Origin: Bdellovibrionales bacterium
GTDB taxonomy: Bacteria; Bdellovibrionota; Bdellovibrionia; Bdellovibrionales; JAGQZY01
DNA: 64,000 nucleotides
Direction of reading: 5' to 3'
Assembly: GCA_964230645.1 (NCBI GenBank)
Contig: CAXRHT010000002.1
Location: forward strand, 1,824,001-1,888,000
Position 1 is the stretch's first letter; each line of letters begins with the position of its first letter. Below the pieces are notes generated by a model. That model saw nothing but the letters and a program-made list of their open reading frames with translations. It searched no databases and had not been told where the DNA came from. Positions 26,494 through 36,469 of the stretch are shown one piece after another. Position numbers and translations under genes: made by a program.

Positions 26494-26568
26494 AAGTTTA
26501 TCTTAGTTCCTAAGAAATAAATGTCCACTCTCACCCCTTTGCAGAATGCAATATCTAATGAGTCTCAA

Positions 26569-27270
26569 TTAAAGGATTGTTTTCCCGCGACTTGGCTGGC
26601 TCTTCAAAAGGGAGCGTTTTCGCATATAGACAAGAAGCCAATGACAGGTCAGGGCCCCTAGTGTGTGCCAAATCCAATGAGTTCCCATGGGAAGCTTCAT
26701 CTGCACCCAATGGGTAGAATCAGCGGCTCGAAAAAAGAGGGCTGCCAGCAGTAGTAAGAGTGGAATGAGAAAGGACCTCACCAATACCCACTGAGTTTTA
26801 ATTTGATCTAAAAGAATCGGCAAAATCACGGGGATCGCGAGAGAAATATAGCCTAGGGTGGCTGTGTTCGGTGTGGGCGGAAGGACAAAGCGAAAAACGG
26901 AGAAAGGAATCACAAAAAAGAACAGAAAAATACCAGCCACTTTGAGCACCGGCGTTTTAATAAGTTTCCAATGGTAGAGGGCTGTCAAAAAACCAATTAA
27001 ATAAATGGGGAGGACGTCCATGAGCATCCAAGCCAAATGCGAGCGGGTGGCATGATAGATTGTTCCACCAACATAGCCCACAAAAAGAAGGGGCAGATTG
27101 ATTTTTAGAAAGTTTCTGAAGTCCCGGTCCTGGATCTTTTTTAATCGAACGGTCCAAATCAAAGCCACAATCAAAAATAAAATATTTGAGAGTGTATTAT
27201 AAGGCTCAACTGGGAATTGAGCCATATTGGTTTCCGTATAAAGAGGGCCCTGATCAAGGGGTGTCATCAC
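26569..27270 (-). CDS. Ceramidase/CREST-family membrane protein
   Basis: EPYNTLSN, GGTIYHA, MDVLPI, GTHWIWH. Confidence 0.75.
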   Translation of the reverse strand: MMTPLDQGPLYTETNMAQFPVEPYNTLSNILFLIVALIWTVRLKKIQDRDFRNFLKINLPLLFVGYVGGTIYHATRSHLAWMLMDVLPIYLIGFLTALYHWKLIKTPVLKVAGIFLFFFVIPFSVFRFVLPPTPNTATLGYISLAIPVILPILLDQIKTQWVLVRSFLIPLLLLLAALFFRAADSTHWVQMKLPMGTHWIWHTLGALTCHWLLVYMRKRSLLKSQPSRGKTIL

Positions 27271-27301
27271 TTCTTATTCCTTATCCCCCCCGGGATTTCC
27301 A

Positions 27302-28282
27302 TTATTTCTCGGCTTGCACCACTGTTTGGTCGATCGTTCCGAAAAGATCGTTGCCCGCTTTATCTTTCATGGACATGGTGACGCGGTCTCCGACTTTCAT
27401 GAAAGGAGTTTTGAAGGCTCCGTCGTTGATCTTTTCAATCATTCTACGCTCAGCTAGACAACTGGAACCCACCTCTGTGGAATCGTTGGAAACCGTTCCG
27501 CTTCCAATAATGGTTCCAGGCATTAGGTTTCTTGTGCGAGCCGCATGGGCAATGAGTTGACCGAAATCAAAGTGCATTTCTCTCCCGTTGGCCTTTCCAA
27601 AAAACTCTCCGTTGAGTTCAATATCAAGGGGAAGCTCAATACGTCCTTCATTCCAAGCATCGCCAAGTTCCTCTGGAGTTACGGCAAAAGGGGCGAAAGC
27701 TGAGGATGGTTTCCCGTGGAAAAATCCAAAACCTGATTTAAGCTCATCAGGAATCAAGCCTCGAAGAGAGACGTCATTAATGATCACACAGAAAAGCACT
27801 TTTTTAAGCGCCTCTTCAGGTGTGCTTCCCATTGGGACGAAATCGGTGATCACACCCACTTCGCCTTCAAAGTCCGTTCCATGAGAAAAATCGATCTGTG
27901 GGATATCATCGTAAGGAGCCAAGAAATTGTCTCCACCACCTTGATACATCAAGGGCACTTCAAAAAGTTTATCGGGCATCTCAGCATTTCGAGCCATTCT
28001 TACAAGCTTGACGTGATGAAGAAAAGCGGAGCCATCCGCCCACTGAAAGGTACGCGGAAGAGGAGAGTGAAATTGCTTCTGATCCATGGGCTTACCTTTA
28101 AGCTCGCCTGAGTTTAGACCCTCATAAACTTTGTTCAGACGATCTTTGAGATTCGCCCAATCTTCTAATGCCTCGCGGAAACTTTTCGCGATTTCAGGGA
28201 CTTCCATATATTGGCTATTGTCCTTACTCACCACCACTAGAGTTCCGTCATATGTTTTGGATTTGAGGGTTCCTACCTTCAT
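27302..28282 (-). CDS. Fumarylacetoacetate hydrolase family protein
   Basis: PLMYQGGGD, DFEGE, NDVSLR, GSGTVSN. Confidence 0.92.
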   Translation of the reverse strand: MKVGTLKSKTYDGTLVVVSKDNSQYMEVPEIAKSFREALEDWANLKDRLNKVYEGLNSGELKGKPMDQKQFHSPLPRTFQWADGSAFLHHVKLVRMARNAEMPDKLFEVPLMYQGGGDNFLAPYDDIPQIDFSHGTDFEGEVGVITDFVPMGSTPEEALKKVLFCVIINDVSLRGLIPDELKSGFGFFHGKPSSAFAPFAVTPEELGDAWNEGRIELPLDIELNGEFFGKANGREMHFDFGQLIAHAARTRNLMPGTIIGSGTVSNDSTEVGSSCLAERRMIEKINDGAFKTPFMKVGDRVTMSMKDKAGNDLFGTIDQTVVQAEK

Positions 28283-28417
28283 TTCAACACTCCTCGTAAA
28301 GGGTCTTTAACTAAACCTAAGCTCTTATCATATTTGACTAGGCGTGAATAGATGGCTCAATGTGCCTAAAAATTGAGACTTGCACTCATGCTCATCGCCA
28401 TTATACAAGTTGTTGAT

Positions 28418-29068
28418 ATGATTAAACTTTATAGTTATTTTCGATCTTCTAGCTCTTACCGGGTGCGTATCGCACTGAATCTTAAAGGCCTTGAGTACGA
28501 GACCATTCCCGTTCATCTGCTCAATGATGGGGGCGAGCAATTTAAGCCTGAGTTCTCAAAACTCAACCCCTCTCACCGTCTGCCCGTGATTGAACACGAA
28601 GGAAACGTGATTGCTCAATCAGTAGCGATAATGACTTACCTTGATGCTCAGTTTGCCGATCACCCTTTAATTCCTGAAGAACCTTTGGCTAAAGCCCAAT
28701 GTTTGCAGCTCACTGAAATTATCAATTCAGACATCCAACCCTTACAAAATCTCAGTGTGCTGAAAAAGCTCGTAAAAGAGCATGGATTTTCTGAAGAAGA
28801 AAAAGTCGCATGGATTCAACACTGGATCAGCCTTGGCTTTCAATCTCTTGAAACCCTTCTGGAAAAAACCTCAGGGGAGTTTTGCCTTGGCGATAGCCCT
28901 TCAATGCCCGACTGTTTTTTGATGCCCCAAATTTTCAATGCCCTTCGCTGGGATGTGGAAATGAAGCCCTTCCCATTGATCACAAAAATCGGGAAAAATT
29001 GTGAAGCTCATCAAGCTTTTATAGAGGCTCATCCTTCCAATCAACCGGACACTCCAAAAGACGCTTAG
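28418..29068 (+). CDS. maiA: Maleylacetoacetate isomerase
   Basis: LYSYFRSSSSYRVRIAL, IQPLQNL, HPSNQPD. Confidence 0.93.
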   Translation: MIKLYSYFRSSSSYRVRIALNLKGLEYETIPVHLLNDGGEQFKPEFSKLNPSHRLPVIEHEGNVIAQSVAIMTYLDAQFADHPLIPEEPLAKAQCLQLTEIINSDIQPLQNLSVLKKLVKEHGFSEEEKVAWIQHWISLGFQSLETLLEKTSGEFCLGDSPSMPDCFLMPQIFNALRWDVEMKPFPLITKIGKNCEAHQAFIEAHPSNQPDTPKDA

Positions 29069-29145
29069 TCCGCTTGGTTTAGGGGTAACTTTTCGAAGAC
29101 TCCGTCGGGTGTTTATCTACCCTGTCTAATTTGCAATGTTTCCTA

Positions 29146-30033
29146 CTAGCGAGTTTTATAAAAAAGATTCACTGTGGAAAGGAGCAGTGTGAGTGCTAGC
29201 GCCAAGTGAAGCACACTTAATAGGGCTGGCATCAAAAACTGCAAATTCAGTATTCCTACAAACATTTGGGTAAAAACCAATAAGAAGATCGTAACTCCAA
29301 GCTTGCGTTGTCCGTGGCTGAGCCCCAATCTTTTTCGAAAGAAAATAGAGAAGATAAAAATCCCAGAGACCAAAAGAGCTAACCAATAGGCTCCAAAGCG
29401 GTGAAACATTTGAATCGCAATCGGGCCCACCATGGGGGGAAAGTACTGACCGTTACAGGTGGGAAAATCAATACAGACAAGGCCCGAGTAGGTAGAGGCC
29501 ACAAGACCCCCCAGAATGATTTGTACCACGATGAAAAGCACAGTGAGAGTGACGTTTAAGCGAAAGAGAACATAGGTTTTTGAAACCCTTACGAGCTTTT
29601 GAGACAGATCCTCTTTTAAAAGCTTTTTCTTCATAACGAATAAAACGAGTAAAAAGATTGTGGCCAGTGTTAAATGAAGAGTCACAATATAGGCTTCTAA
29701 AAGCTTTAAGACCGTAAGCCCTCCCATAATGATTTGGGCAATGAGGAAAAAGAGGCCAACCACACTGAGAAGTCTAACCCTTTTTAAAGCCTCACTCCTC
29801 CAGACCTGGACAAAGAAAACGAGATAAAGAATTCCCACAAGACCTGCGATCACTCGGTGGATGAACTCTAGGTAAACTCCTAAGTGATAATCAGGCACGG
29901 CCTTTCCAAAACAAAGGGGCCAGTCAGGGCAAGTAAGACCTGCGTCCATTGTACGCACCCCAGCCCCTAAAAGCATAAGATCAAAAGTCAGAAACAATAG
30001 AACATTGAGTAGAAATAAGTTGGGCTTTTTCAT
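29146..30033 (-). CDS. ctaA: Heme A synthase
   Basis: GLTCPDWPLC, EFIHR, conserved His in TMs. Confidence 0.9.
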   Translation of the reverse strand: MKKPNLFLLNVLLFLTFDLMLLGAGVRTMDAGLTCPDWPLCFGKAVPDYHLGVYLEFIHRVIAGLVGILYLVFFVQVWRSEALKRVRLLSVVGLFFLIAQIIMGGLTVLKLLEAYIVTLHLTLATIFLLVLFVMKKKLLKEDLSQKLVRVSKTYVLFRLNVTLTVLFIVVQIILGGLVASTYSGLVCIDFPTCNGQYFPPMVGPIAIQMFHRFGAYWLALLVSGIFIFSIFFRKRLGLSHGQRKLGVTIFLLVFTQMFVGILNLQFLMPALLSVLHLALALTLLLSTVNLFYKTR

Positions 30034-30893
30034 ATCCAAGGCGTCCATCGATCAATGGCTGGTACAATAATAAAAACTAAAACACTAAAAGTGGTCCACA
30101 GGAAAAATCCAAGCCACCTTTTCCCCATGGGATCTTTTAAGAAAGCAAAGAGCTCCCATAAAACTTTAAAGGCAAATGGCATAGCAATCAGTAAATACGC
30201 CCAACCAACAGGAACCACGAAGGGAGCTGAAAGTGCGAGAGCTAAGTAAGCAAAAGTGTAAATGCCGACATAATACTCGGTGGCTTTGAGGCCTTTTTCC
30301 GCTGGCAATACGGGAATCCCGCCCTTTTTATAATCCTCCTGGTAGCGAAGAGCTAAGGCCCAGAAGTGCGGCATCTGCCAGAAGAACATCACTAAAAAGA
30401 AATAAATATTGATCCAATCAAAGATGATATCGGTCGCGGCAGTGTAGCCAATCACAAAAGGCATAGCCCCTGGGATGGCCCCTGGAACGGCTGCAAAAGG
30501 AGAGCTTCTCTTCCACAAAACAGTGTAGAGGTAATTATAAAAAAGAACGGTCACTAAACCAAGAAGTGCGACTTTGTAAGAAACCAAAAAGCAGAGCACC
30601 ACTCCAAGAGTTAAAAAGCTCAAAGCAAAAATAAGAGCTTGCAAGGGAGTGAGCCTTCCACTGGGAAGAGGTCTTTTTTGAGTGCGTGGCATTTTTTTAT
30701 CAATCTCGCGCTCTTGGTATTGGTTAAGAGCAAAGCTCCCCGAGCTTAGAAAATAAAGACCTAGTAAAGTAAAAGCGAGTTTTAAAGGACTAAAAGGCTC
30801 GTGAAAAGGCTGACCAATCATATAGCCGCCTGAGGCTGTGAAAATCACAAACACGACGATTCCAAATTTTGTCAGCTCGAAGTACTTTTTCAT
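30030..30893 (-). CDS. ctaB: Protoheme IX farnesyltransferase
   Basis: DKKMPRTQKRPLPSG, FFWQMPHFWAL. Confidence 0.93.
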   Translation of the reverse strand: MKKYFELTKFGIVVFVIFTASGGYMIGQPFHEPFSPLKLAFTLLGLYFLSSGSFALNQYQEREIDKKMPRTQKRPLPSGRLTPLQALIFALSFLTLGVVLCFLVSYKVALLGLVTVLFYNYLYTVLWKRSSPFAAVPGAIPGAMPFVIGYTAATDIIFDWINIYFFLVMFFWQMPHFWALALRYQEDYKKGGIPVLPAEKGLKATEYYVGIYTFAYLALALSAPFVVPVGWAYLLIAMPFAFKVLWELFAFLKDPMGKRWLGFFLWTTFSVLVFIIVPAIDRWTPWI

Positions 30894-30976
30894 GGACTAC
30901 CTTGCGAACTTATTAGCACAAAACCCCGTCCGATGCACAAGACTTCTACACTATTTACAGCCTTATAAGCGAACAT

Positions 30977-31002
30977 AAAAAAAGGGCCTTGGTCGGGCCC
31001 TT
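30977..31002 (-). terminator. Intrinsic terminator after oxidase subunit IV
   Basis: AAGGGCC/GGCCCTT stem with U-tract on minus strand. Confidence 0.65.
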
Positions 31003-31031
31003 CTTTAAAGCTTGATTGTGAATTGAAAACT

Positions 31032-31337
31032 CTACAGTGTGCTCTCTACTGGAATTCGTGTGTAGATATCGATCACACAAAAGATAAATAAAAGCATTAC
31101 GAAACCAAAGCTTCCAAAAATAATAATGGAGTTGGATTTTGCGGTGTACTTAAGCTGCATGAAAAAAGCCATAACAAGGCCAGCTTTAGCCGCAGCAATG
31201 ATAAAGGCCACTGCTCCGTTAAATGGAGCGAGATCCATTCCCTTAGCCGTAACTACCGTTAAGATAGTGAGAAAGATCAGTCCGCCAAAGACCTTAATGT
31301 AAGTTTCAAATGGAATAATGTAATGATCACCTGACAT
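31032..31337 (-). CDS. Cytochrome c oxidase subunit IV
   Basis: KAGLVMAFFMQLKY; operon position. Confidence 0.85.
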   Translation of the reverse strand: MSGDHYIIPFETYIKVFGGLIFLTILTVVTAKGMDLAPFNGAVAFIIAAAKAGLVMAFFMQLKYTAKSNSIIIFGSFGFVMLLFIFCVIDIYTRIPVESTL

Positions 31338-31348
31338 ATCTCTTCTCC

Positions 31349-31999
31349 TTAAACCAGATAAAGTAATGGAAACAAAAAGATCCAAATTAAGTCAATTAAG
31401 TGCCAGAAAAGCCCAACACCCTCGACTGGCGTGTAGTATTTAGGTCCGAACTCACCGCGGTTGGCGCGAATCATAACCCAAGCCACAAGTCCCATCCCAG
31501 CTAACACGTGAATCCCGTGAAGGCCTGTCATCATAAAGTAAAATGAGAAATAAAGGGGAAGGTTTTCAATCCCGTGAGTTTCACCGTGAAACCACTGTCC
31601 TGGGAGCCAACCCTCATGGATTTTATGGGAGTACTCAAAGTACTTAATACACATAAACAGAGCCCCACAAAAAATGGTGATGCCAAGATTCATTACCGCT
31701 TTTTTGCGCTCATCCTTTTGGCAATAGTAAATCCCTAGAGCCATAGTAAGAGAGCTAAAAAGAAGAACAATGGTATTTGTGGCTCCAAGAATCCAGTTGG
31801 TGGACTTTGAACCTTGAATGAAAACTTCAGGGTAAAGGTTGGAATAAATAAAGTATCCCACAAACAAAGCACCAAACATGAGGATCTCTGAAGTAAGGAA
31901 AATCCATACTCCTTCTATTGAGCTCTCAAACTCGTGGTCTGCACTGTTAAAATGGTGAGCGTACTCACCTTCTTTTTTCTTTAACTTACCTGTACTCAT
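31349..31999 (-). CDS. coxC: Cytochrome c oxidase subunit III
   Basis: GVWIFLTSE, MTGLHGIHV, FWHLIDLIW. Confidence 0.92.
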   Translation of the reverse strand: MSTGKLKKKEGEYAHHFNSADHEFESSIEGVWIFLTSEILMFGALFVGYFIYSNLYPEVFIQGSKSTNWILGATNTIVLLFSSLTMALGIYYCQKDERKKAVMNLGITIFCGALFMCIKYFEYSHKIHEGWLPGQWFHGETHGIENLPLYFSFYFMMTGLHGIHVLAGMGLVAWVMIRANRGEFGPKYYTPVEGVGLFWHLIDLIWIFLFPLLYLV

Positions 32000-33563
32000 A
32001 AGGACCTGCCGTAACTGTTGGAATTTCGTCGAAGTTTTCATGAGGAGGAGGAGACGGGATCGTCCACTCTAGTGTTTTTGAGCCCCAAGGGTTTGGACCT
32101 GCTTTTGCCCCGCTGCGAGCTCCCTGCCATAAAGCATAAAGTGCTACAAGAAAGCCGATACCAATGGTGTAGGACCCAATACTTGAAATTCTGTTTAAAG
32201 ACTCAAATGCGGGAAGATAGTCAGCGTATCTTCTCGGCATTCCCATGGCTCCCAAAACAAACTGAGGGAAAAAGGTCACGTTAAAGCCAATGAAGATAAG
32301 AACCCAAGAAAGTCTTGCTAGGGGTTCACTGAACATGCGGCCAGTGATTTTAGGAAACCAATAAAAAGCACCACCCATAATGGCCATCAATGTTCCACCC
32401 ACCATCACATAGTGAAAGTGAGCCACAACAAAATAGGTGTCGTGGAAGTGGATGTCCGTAGCGATGGTGGAAAGGAAAATCCCTGTTACCCCACCGATGG
32501 TGAAAATAAACATGAATCCTAGGGCATAAAGCATAGGAGACTGCATTTGAATGGAACCCTTATAAAGAGTAGCAAGCCAGTTAAAGAGCTTAATCGCTGT
32601 AGGTACACCCACAAGCATAGTCAGAACCGAGAAGACAATGGCTGCCACCTCCGACTGGGAACTTGTAAACATATGGTGTCCCCAAACAAGGAAGCTCACT
32701 CCCGCAATAGCGATTGAAGAGTAGGCAATGGCTGTGTAACCGAAGATTGTTTTCTTAGAAAAACAGGTGATAAGTTCCGAGATCACACCCATGGCAGGTA
32801 AGATCATGATGTAAACGGCCGGATGAGAGTAGAACCAGAAAAAGTGCTGGAATAAGACCGGGTCACCACCAAGCTCTGGATCAAAGATCCCGATACCAAA
32901 GATGTTCTCCATAACTAGTAGTAAAACTGTGATCCCAACAACAGGGGTGGCTAGAACCTGGAGAATCGCTGTCGCGTAAAGGCTCCAAGTAAAAAGAGTG
33001 ATTCTGTTCATAGTCATTCCAGGAGCTCTTAATTTGTGGACTGTGGCCACAAAGTTCACCCCTGTAAGGATTGATGAGAATCCGGCAACAAATGCGGCAA
33101 GAGCAGCCGTAATGTTCGCACCCGTGAAATTAATCGAGTAAGGCGTATAGAATGTCCAACCCGTATCTGCCCCACCAAGGAAAATACTAAGGAACGCTAA
33201 GGCGGCCCCACCCACATAACAGTACCAACTCATAAGGTTCACGGTTGGAAAGGCCACATCTCTTGCTCCGAGATGAAGTGGCATGATGATGTTTCCTAAA
33301 ATCGCCGGTATCCCCGGAACGATTACAAAGAAAACCATGATCACACCATGGTAGGTCATAAAGCGGTTATAAAGATCAGGGGAAAAGTAGTTTCCTGAGC
33401 TGAATAGTTCCGTACGAATCAACATGGCCAAAATTCCACCGAGGAAAAAGAAAAATCCGATGGAGTAAAAATATAGAAGACCAATTCGCTTGTGATCGCG
33501 GGAAGTCAGCCAGGACATGATCCCAGCTTCGTGATTTAAGTAAGTTTTTCCTGCTTCTGCCAT
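31986..33563 (-). CDS. coxA: Cytochrome c oxidase subunit I
   Basis: GWTFYTP, FWFYSHPAVY, WGHHMF, VVAHFHY, MPRRY. Confidence 0.97.
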   Translation of the reverse strand: MAEAGKTYLNHEAGIMSWLTSRDHKRIGLLYFYSIGFFFFLGGILAMLIRTELFSSGNYFSPDLYNRFMTYHGVIMVFFVIVPGIPAILGNIIMPLHLGARDVAFPTVNLMSWYCYVGGAALAFLSIFLGGADTGWTFYTPYSINFTGANITAALAAFVAGFSSILTGVNFVATVHKLRAPGMTMNRITLFTWSLYATAILQVLATPVVGITVLLLVMENIFGIGIFDPELGGDPVLFQHFFWFYSHPAVYIMILPAMGVISELITCFSKKTIFGYTAIAYSSIAIAGVSFLVWGHHMFTSSQSEVAAIVFSVLTMLVGVPTAIKLFNWLATLYKGSIQMQSPMLYALGFMFIFTIGGVTGIFLSTIATDIHFHDTYFVVAHFHYVMVGGTLMAIMGGAFYWFPKITGRMFSEPLARLSWVLIFIGFNVTFFPQFVLGAMGMPRRYADYLPAFESLNRISSIGSYTIGIGFLVALYALWQGARSGAKAGPNPWGSKTLEWTIPSPPPHENFDEIPTVTAGPYEYR

Positions 33564-33575
33564 TTCTAAAACTCC

Positions 33576-34598
33576 CTATTTCAACGTCTTGATGAATTCG
33601 ATAACAGCCGTAATATCTTCGTCTGTTAGCTGGCCTTGGTAAGCCGGCATTTGGTTGGGCGCGTAGCCCTCAACAATTTTTTTATTCGAATTAAGAATGG
33701 ATTCTTTAATGTAGTTATCATCAGCCTTAGCTGAACTGCCGTCAGCAAAGTTTCTAGTTGAGCCGTAAAGGCCTTTCCAGGTCGGTCCGGTCATTTTGGT
33801 TCCATTTAAACTGTGGCAACCAATACAGGCTCTTGTTCGGTAAATATCTTTTCCTTTGTCAGCCAAAGAAGCCTCTCCACCGCCTGAGCTCTCATCACCA
33901 ATGACCCAGTCATTAAAAGCGACCTCTTCAACCACTTTCACTTTCCCAAGCATATTGGAGTGTCCAGTTCCGCAGTACTCTGTACAGAAAATCCAGAACT
34001 CCCCTGTTCTATTTGGGGTAAAACTCATCTGAGTGTAGCGTCCAGGAACAATATCTTGTTTTACGCGGAAGGCTGGAACGAAAAAGCTGTGAAGTACAGC
34101 GCGGTCTTTTTTGTCAGCGGGGTTCACTTTTGATGAGGTCATGATTAAACGCACAGGCTTGTTCACAGGAACAACCATTGTGGAAGGAACTTTATTTCCC
34201 TCATCATCGACGTCAGAAAGGACTTTGCGTCCGTTTTTGTATATAAACTCCCAGTCCCATTTTTTGGCCACCACATGGATCTCCATGGCGTTCTTAGGAA
34301 CTTCACGCATGTCGAGGTAAACTTTGGCACCCCAAGCAAAACAGACCATAAAGATCACAAAGGGAACGAAAGACCAAACGAACTCAAGGGTGTGATCGTG
34401 AGTAATATAGGCCGTTTTGTCATCGTTTCCTCGGCGGCGGTACTTGTTTACGAAGTAAATAAGCCCACCCATTAGGATGACAAAAGAAATCAAACTGGAA
34501 ATGAGTAGGAAGCCATATATCGAATCAACGCTCTTTGCGACCTCGGTTGCCGCTGGAGGCATAAAAGACTGAGCTTCAGCTGTCGGAATCCACCACAT
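33576..34598 (-). CDS. coxB: Cytochrome c oxidase subunit II with fused cytochrome c (caa3-type)
   Basis: CuA ligands HSF...CTEYCGTGHSNM; CIGCH heme site. Confidence 0.95.
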   Translation of the reverse strand: MWWIPTAEAQSFMPPAATEVAKSVDSIYGFLLISSLISFVILMGGLIYFVNKYRRRGNDDKTAYITHDHTLEFVWSFVPFVIFMVCFAWGAKVYLDMREVPKNAMEIHVVAKKWDWEFIYKNGRKVLSDVDDEGNKVPSTMVVPVNKPVRLIMTSSKVNPADKKDRAVLHSFFVPAFRVKQDIVPGRYTQMSFTPNRTGEFWIFCTEYCGTGHSNMLGKVKVVEEVAFNDWVIGDESSGGGEASLADKGKDIYRTRACIGCHSLNGTKMTGPTWKGLYGSTRNFADGSSAKADDNYIKESILNSNKKIVEGYAPNQMPAYQGQLTDEDITAVIEFIKTLK

Positions 34599-34645
34599 TG
34601 AACCAACTCCTTTGTGAATCAAGCTGCTGGTACTAAACCATTTAT

Positions 34646-35467
34646 TTAACTAGCTGTTTTTCTTGATTTCAACCAAAATGGCACAAGCCAAGCCAATAGG
34701 ATCAGCAGAATTAATGCTGCTGCTCCCCTTAATATATTCATAATGTAAAAGGCATATTTATTCGTTTTTGGGTCATAACGAAAGCAAAAAAGTGCAAAGT
34801 TATCAGTGAGACTGCCAATCTCACCCTTTGATGCTTCCACAACAGAGAGACGAAAGGTTTTTGGATCGAAATAGACACCGTGAAGATAGCGCGAAATCAT
34901 CCCCTGAGGCGTTGATATGATCGCTGCGGAGGCATGTGCCCATTCATTAGCCTCTTCATTCCACTTAAATTTAAAACCCACTGTGTCGGCTAACTGATTA
35001 ATATTTTTTTCCGAACCTGTTAGAAAATGAATACCATTATCAGGATTTTCTACCTCTTTGAGGTATTCAGAAACGTAGGTGTCTTTCTTCGCTGCTGCTA
35101 AATCAGGCTTTTCAGTTTCATCGATACTCACCGCTAAGAATTCAAAGTCTTTTCCAGGGGTTAAGCCTAATTCATTAAAGACTTCAAAGACGCCTTTTAG
35201 ATGTAAATTACAGAGACTGGGGCAAGAGTAGTAAACAAGACTTAAAATGACGGGTTTGGTTTCACTATAGAAACTTGAGATTTGAACGGGCTCACCCATC
35301 TCATTTTTAAAGGTTAATTCCCCAGGAAGTTGAGTGTTGAGATTTTCATCAATCCCCACTCCTTCAATGGCATCTGGCAAAGTATTTTGAGACCCACCTT
35401 CGGTACTTGGAACGTAAGCTTGAGCAAAATTAAATGTGAGGCAGAATAACAACAACTTTAAAAACAA
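34646..35467 (-). CDS. SCO/SenC copper chaperone
   Basis: YYSCPSLC motif plus conserved His; cox operon. Confidence 0.9.
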   Translation of the reverse strand: MFLKLLLFCLTFNFAQAYVPSTEGGSQNTLPDAIEGVGIDENLNTQLPGELTFKNEMGEPVQISSFYSETKPVILSLVYYSCPSLCNLHLKGVFEVFNELGLTPGKDFEFLAVSIDETEKPDLAAAKKDTYVSEYLKEVENPDNGIHFLTGSEKNINQLADTVGFKFKWNEEANEWAHASAAIISTPQGMISRYLHGVYFDPKTFRLSVVEASKGEIGSLTDNFALFCFRYDPKTNKYAFYIMNILRGAAALILLILLAWLVPFWLKSRKTAS

Positions 35468-35531
35468 TTCAAAACCTTCAAATTTTGTTCAAGATAGCGT
35501 GAACTATCTTGTGATGCAAGGCAATAATGAT

Positions 35532-35918
35532 TTATTGCTCAGCATCCTCTTTCGTTTCTGATTGGTCTTCTTCTTTTGAAGACTCTTCCTTATCAGATCC
35601 TTCTTGGTCTTCTGATTCTTCAGTGGCGGCTGCGCCAGCGGCGTCTTCATCTGAAGACTCTTCTTTTTCTTCTGAATCTCCACCCTCTTCTTCAAGGGCT
35701 GCGCCCTCTTGAGCTGTAGTTTCAGAGTCTTCTGAAGCTGCGGCTTTATCTGGAGTGGCCATTTTCTGTTCCACATCCTTTGTCTTAATCTCTTCTAAAT
35801 CCACACCAGTGTGTAAAAAAGCGACGTAAACGAAAAATAAAAGGGTTACGACCATTGCGAACAAGAATGCGAGCATTCCACCACGATTGTAATCACCATA
35901 ATCATAGGTCTCTGACAT
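35532..35918 (-). CDS. Single-TM protein with acidic disordered tail at head of cox operon
   Basis: NRGG-TM-GVDL then E/D/S-rich tail; GGAGG RBS. Confidence 0.7.
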   Translation of the reverse strand: MSETYDYGDYNRGGMLAFLFAMVVTLLFFVYVAFLHTGVDLEEIKTKDVEQKMATPDKAAASEDSETTAQEGAALEEEGGDSEEKEESSDEDAAGAAATEESEDQEGSDKEESSKEEDQSETKEDAEQ

Positions 35919-36022
35919 GAACTGTTCCTCCAGATTGCGATGGAACTAATAATTCTCACTATGGGGCAATGAAATCAAGCTGTTTCCTGGAGATTTCGCG
36001 TTTTCTGATAGATAATAAGGCT

Positions 36023-36466
36023 ATGAAGTACTTCCTATATATCGCTCTTCTGGGAGCCCTCACCCAATGCGCCTCAAGACTTGAGGAAAGACGCGCTGAT
36101 TTTGAGGCCGTCGAGATTGGAATGGTGAAATCCGAAGTGCTTGATATCGCGGGCCCGCCTTATTGGTCCGATCACAAAGACGGCCACGATCGGTGGATGT
36201 ATTATATGAAGCCCGAAGCTCGCCAGATGGAAAAGATCATCTATTTCAAAAAGGGAGCCGTGGTCAGAAAAGGTATTCGCGAAAAACCCATCCTCACGGC
36301 TGAGGAAATGGAAGAGATCAAAAAGCCAAAGCAGCCCGAAATGGAACCCTTCACTCCTTCTTATGACAAGAAAGAACTTCGCAAAGAAGTAAAAGAAGCG
36401 GTTGAAAAAGAAGAGAAGCAAAAGAAAACAAAAGTCTATCCAGGTTCGACACTGGAATCTCTTTAA
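36023..36466 (+). CDS. BamE/SmpA-domain lipoprotein
   Basis: Lipobox-like LTQC; GMVKSEVLDIAGPP...WMYY. Confidence 0.75.
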   Translation: MKYFLYIALLGALTQCASRLEERRADFEAVEIGMVKSEVLDIAGPPYWSDHKDGHDRWMYYMKPEARQMEKIIYFKKGAVVRKGIREKPILTAEEMEEIKKPKQPEMEPFTPSYDKKELRKEVKEAVEKEEKQKKTKVYPGSTLESL

Positions 36467-36469
36467 GAT

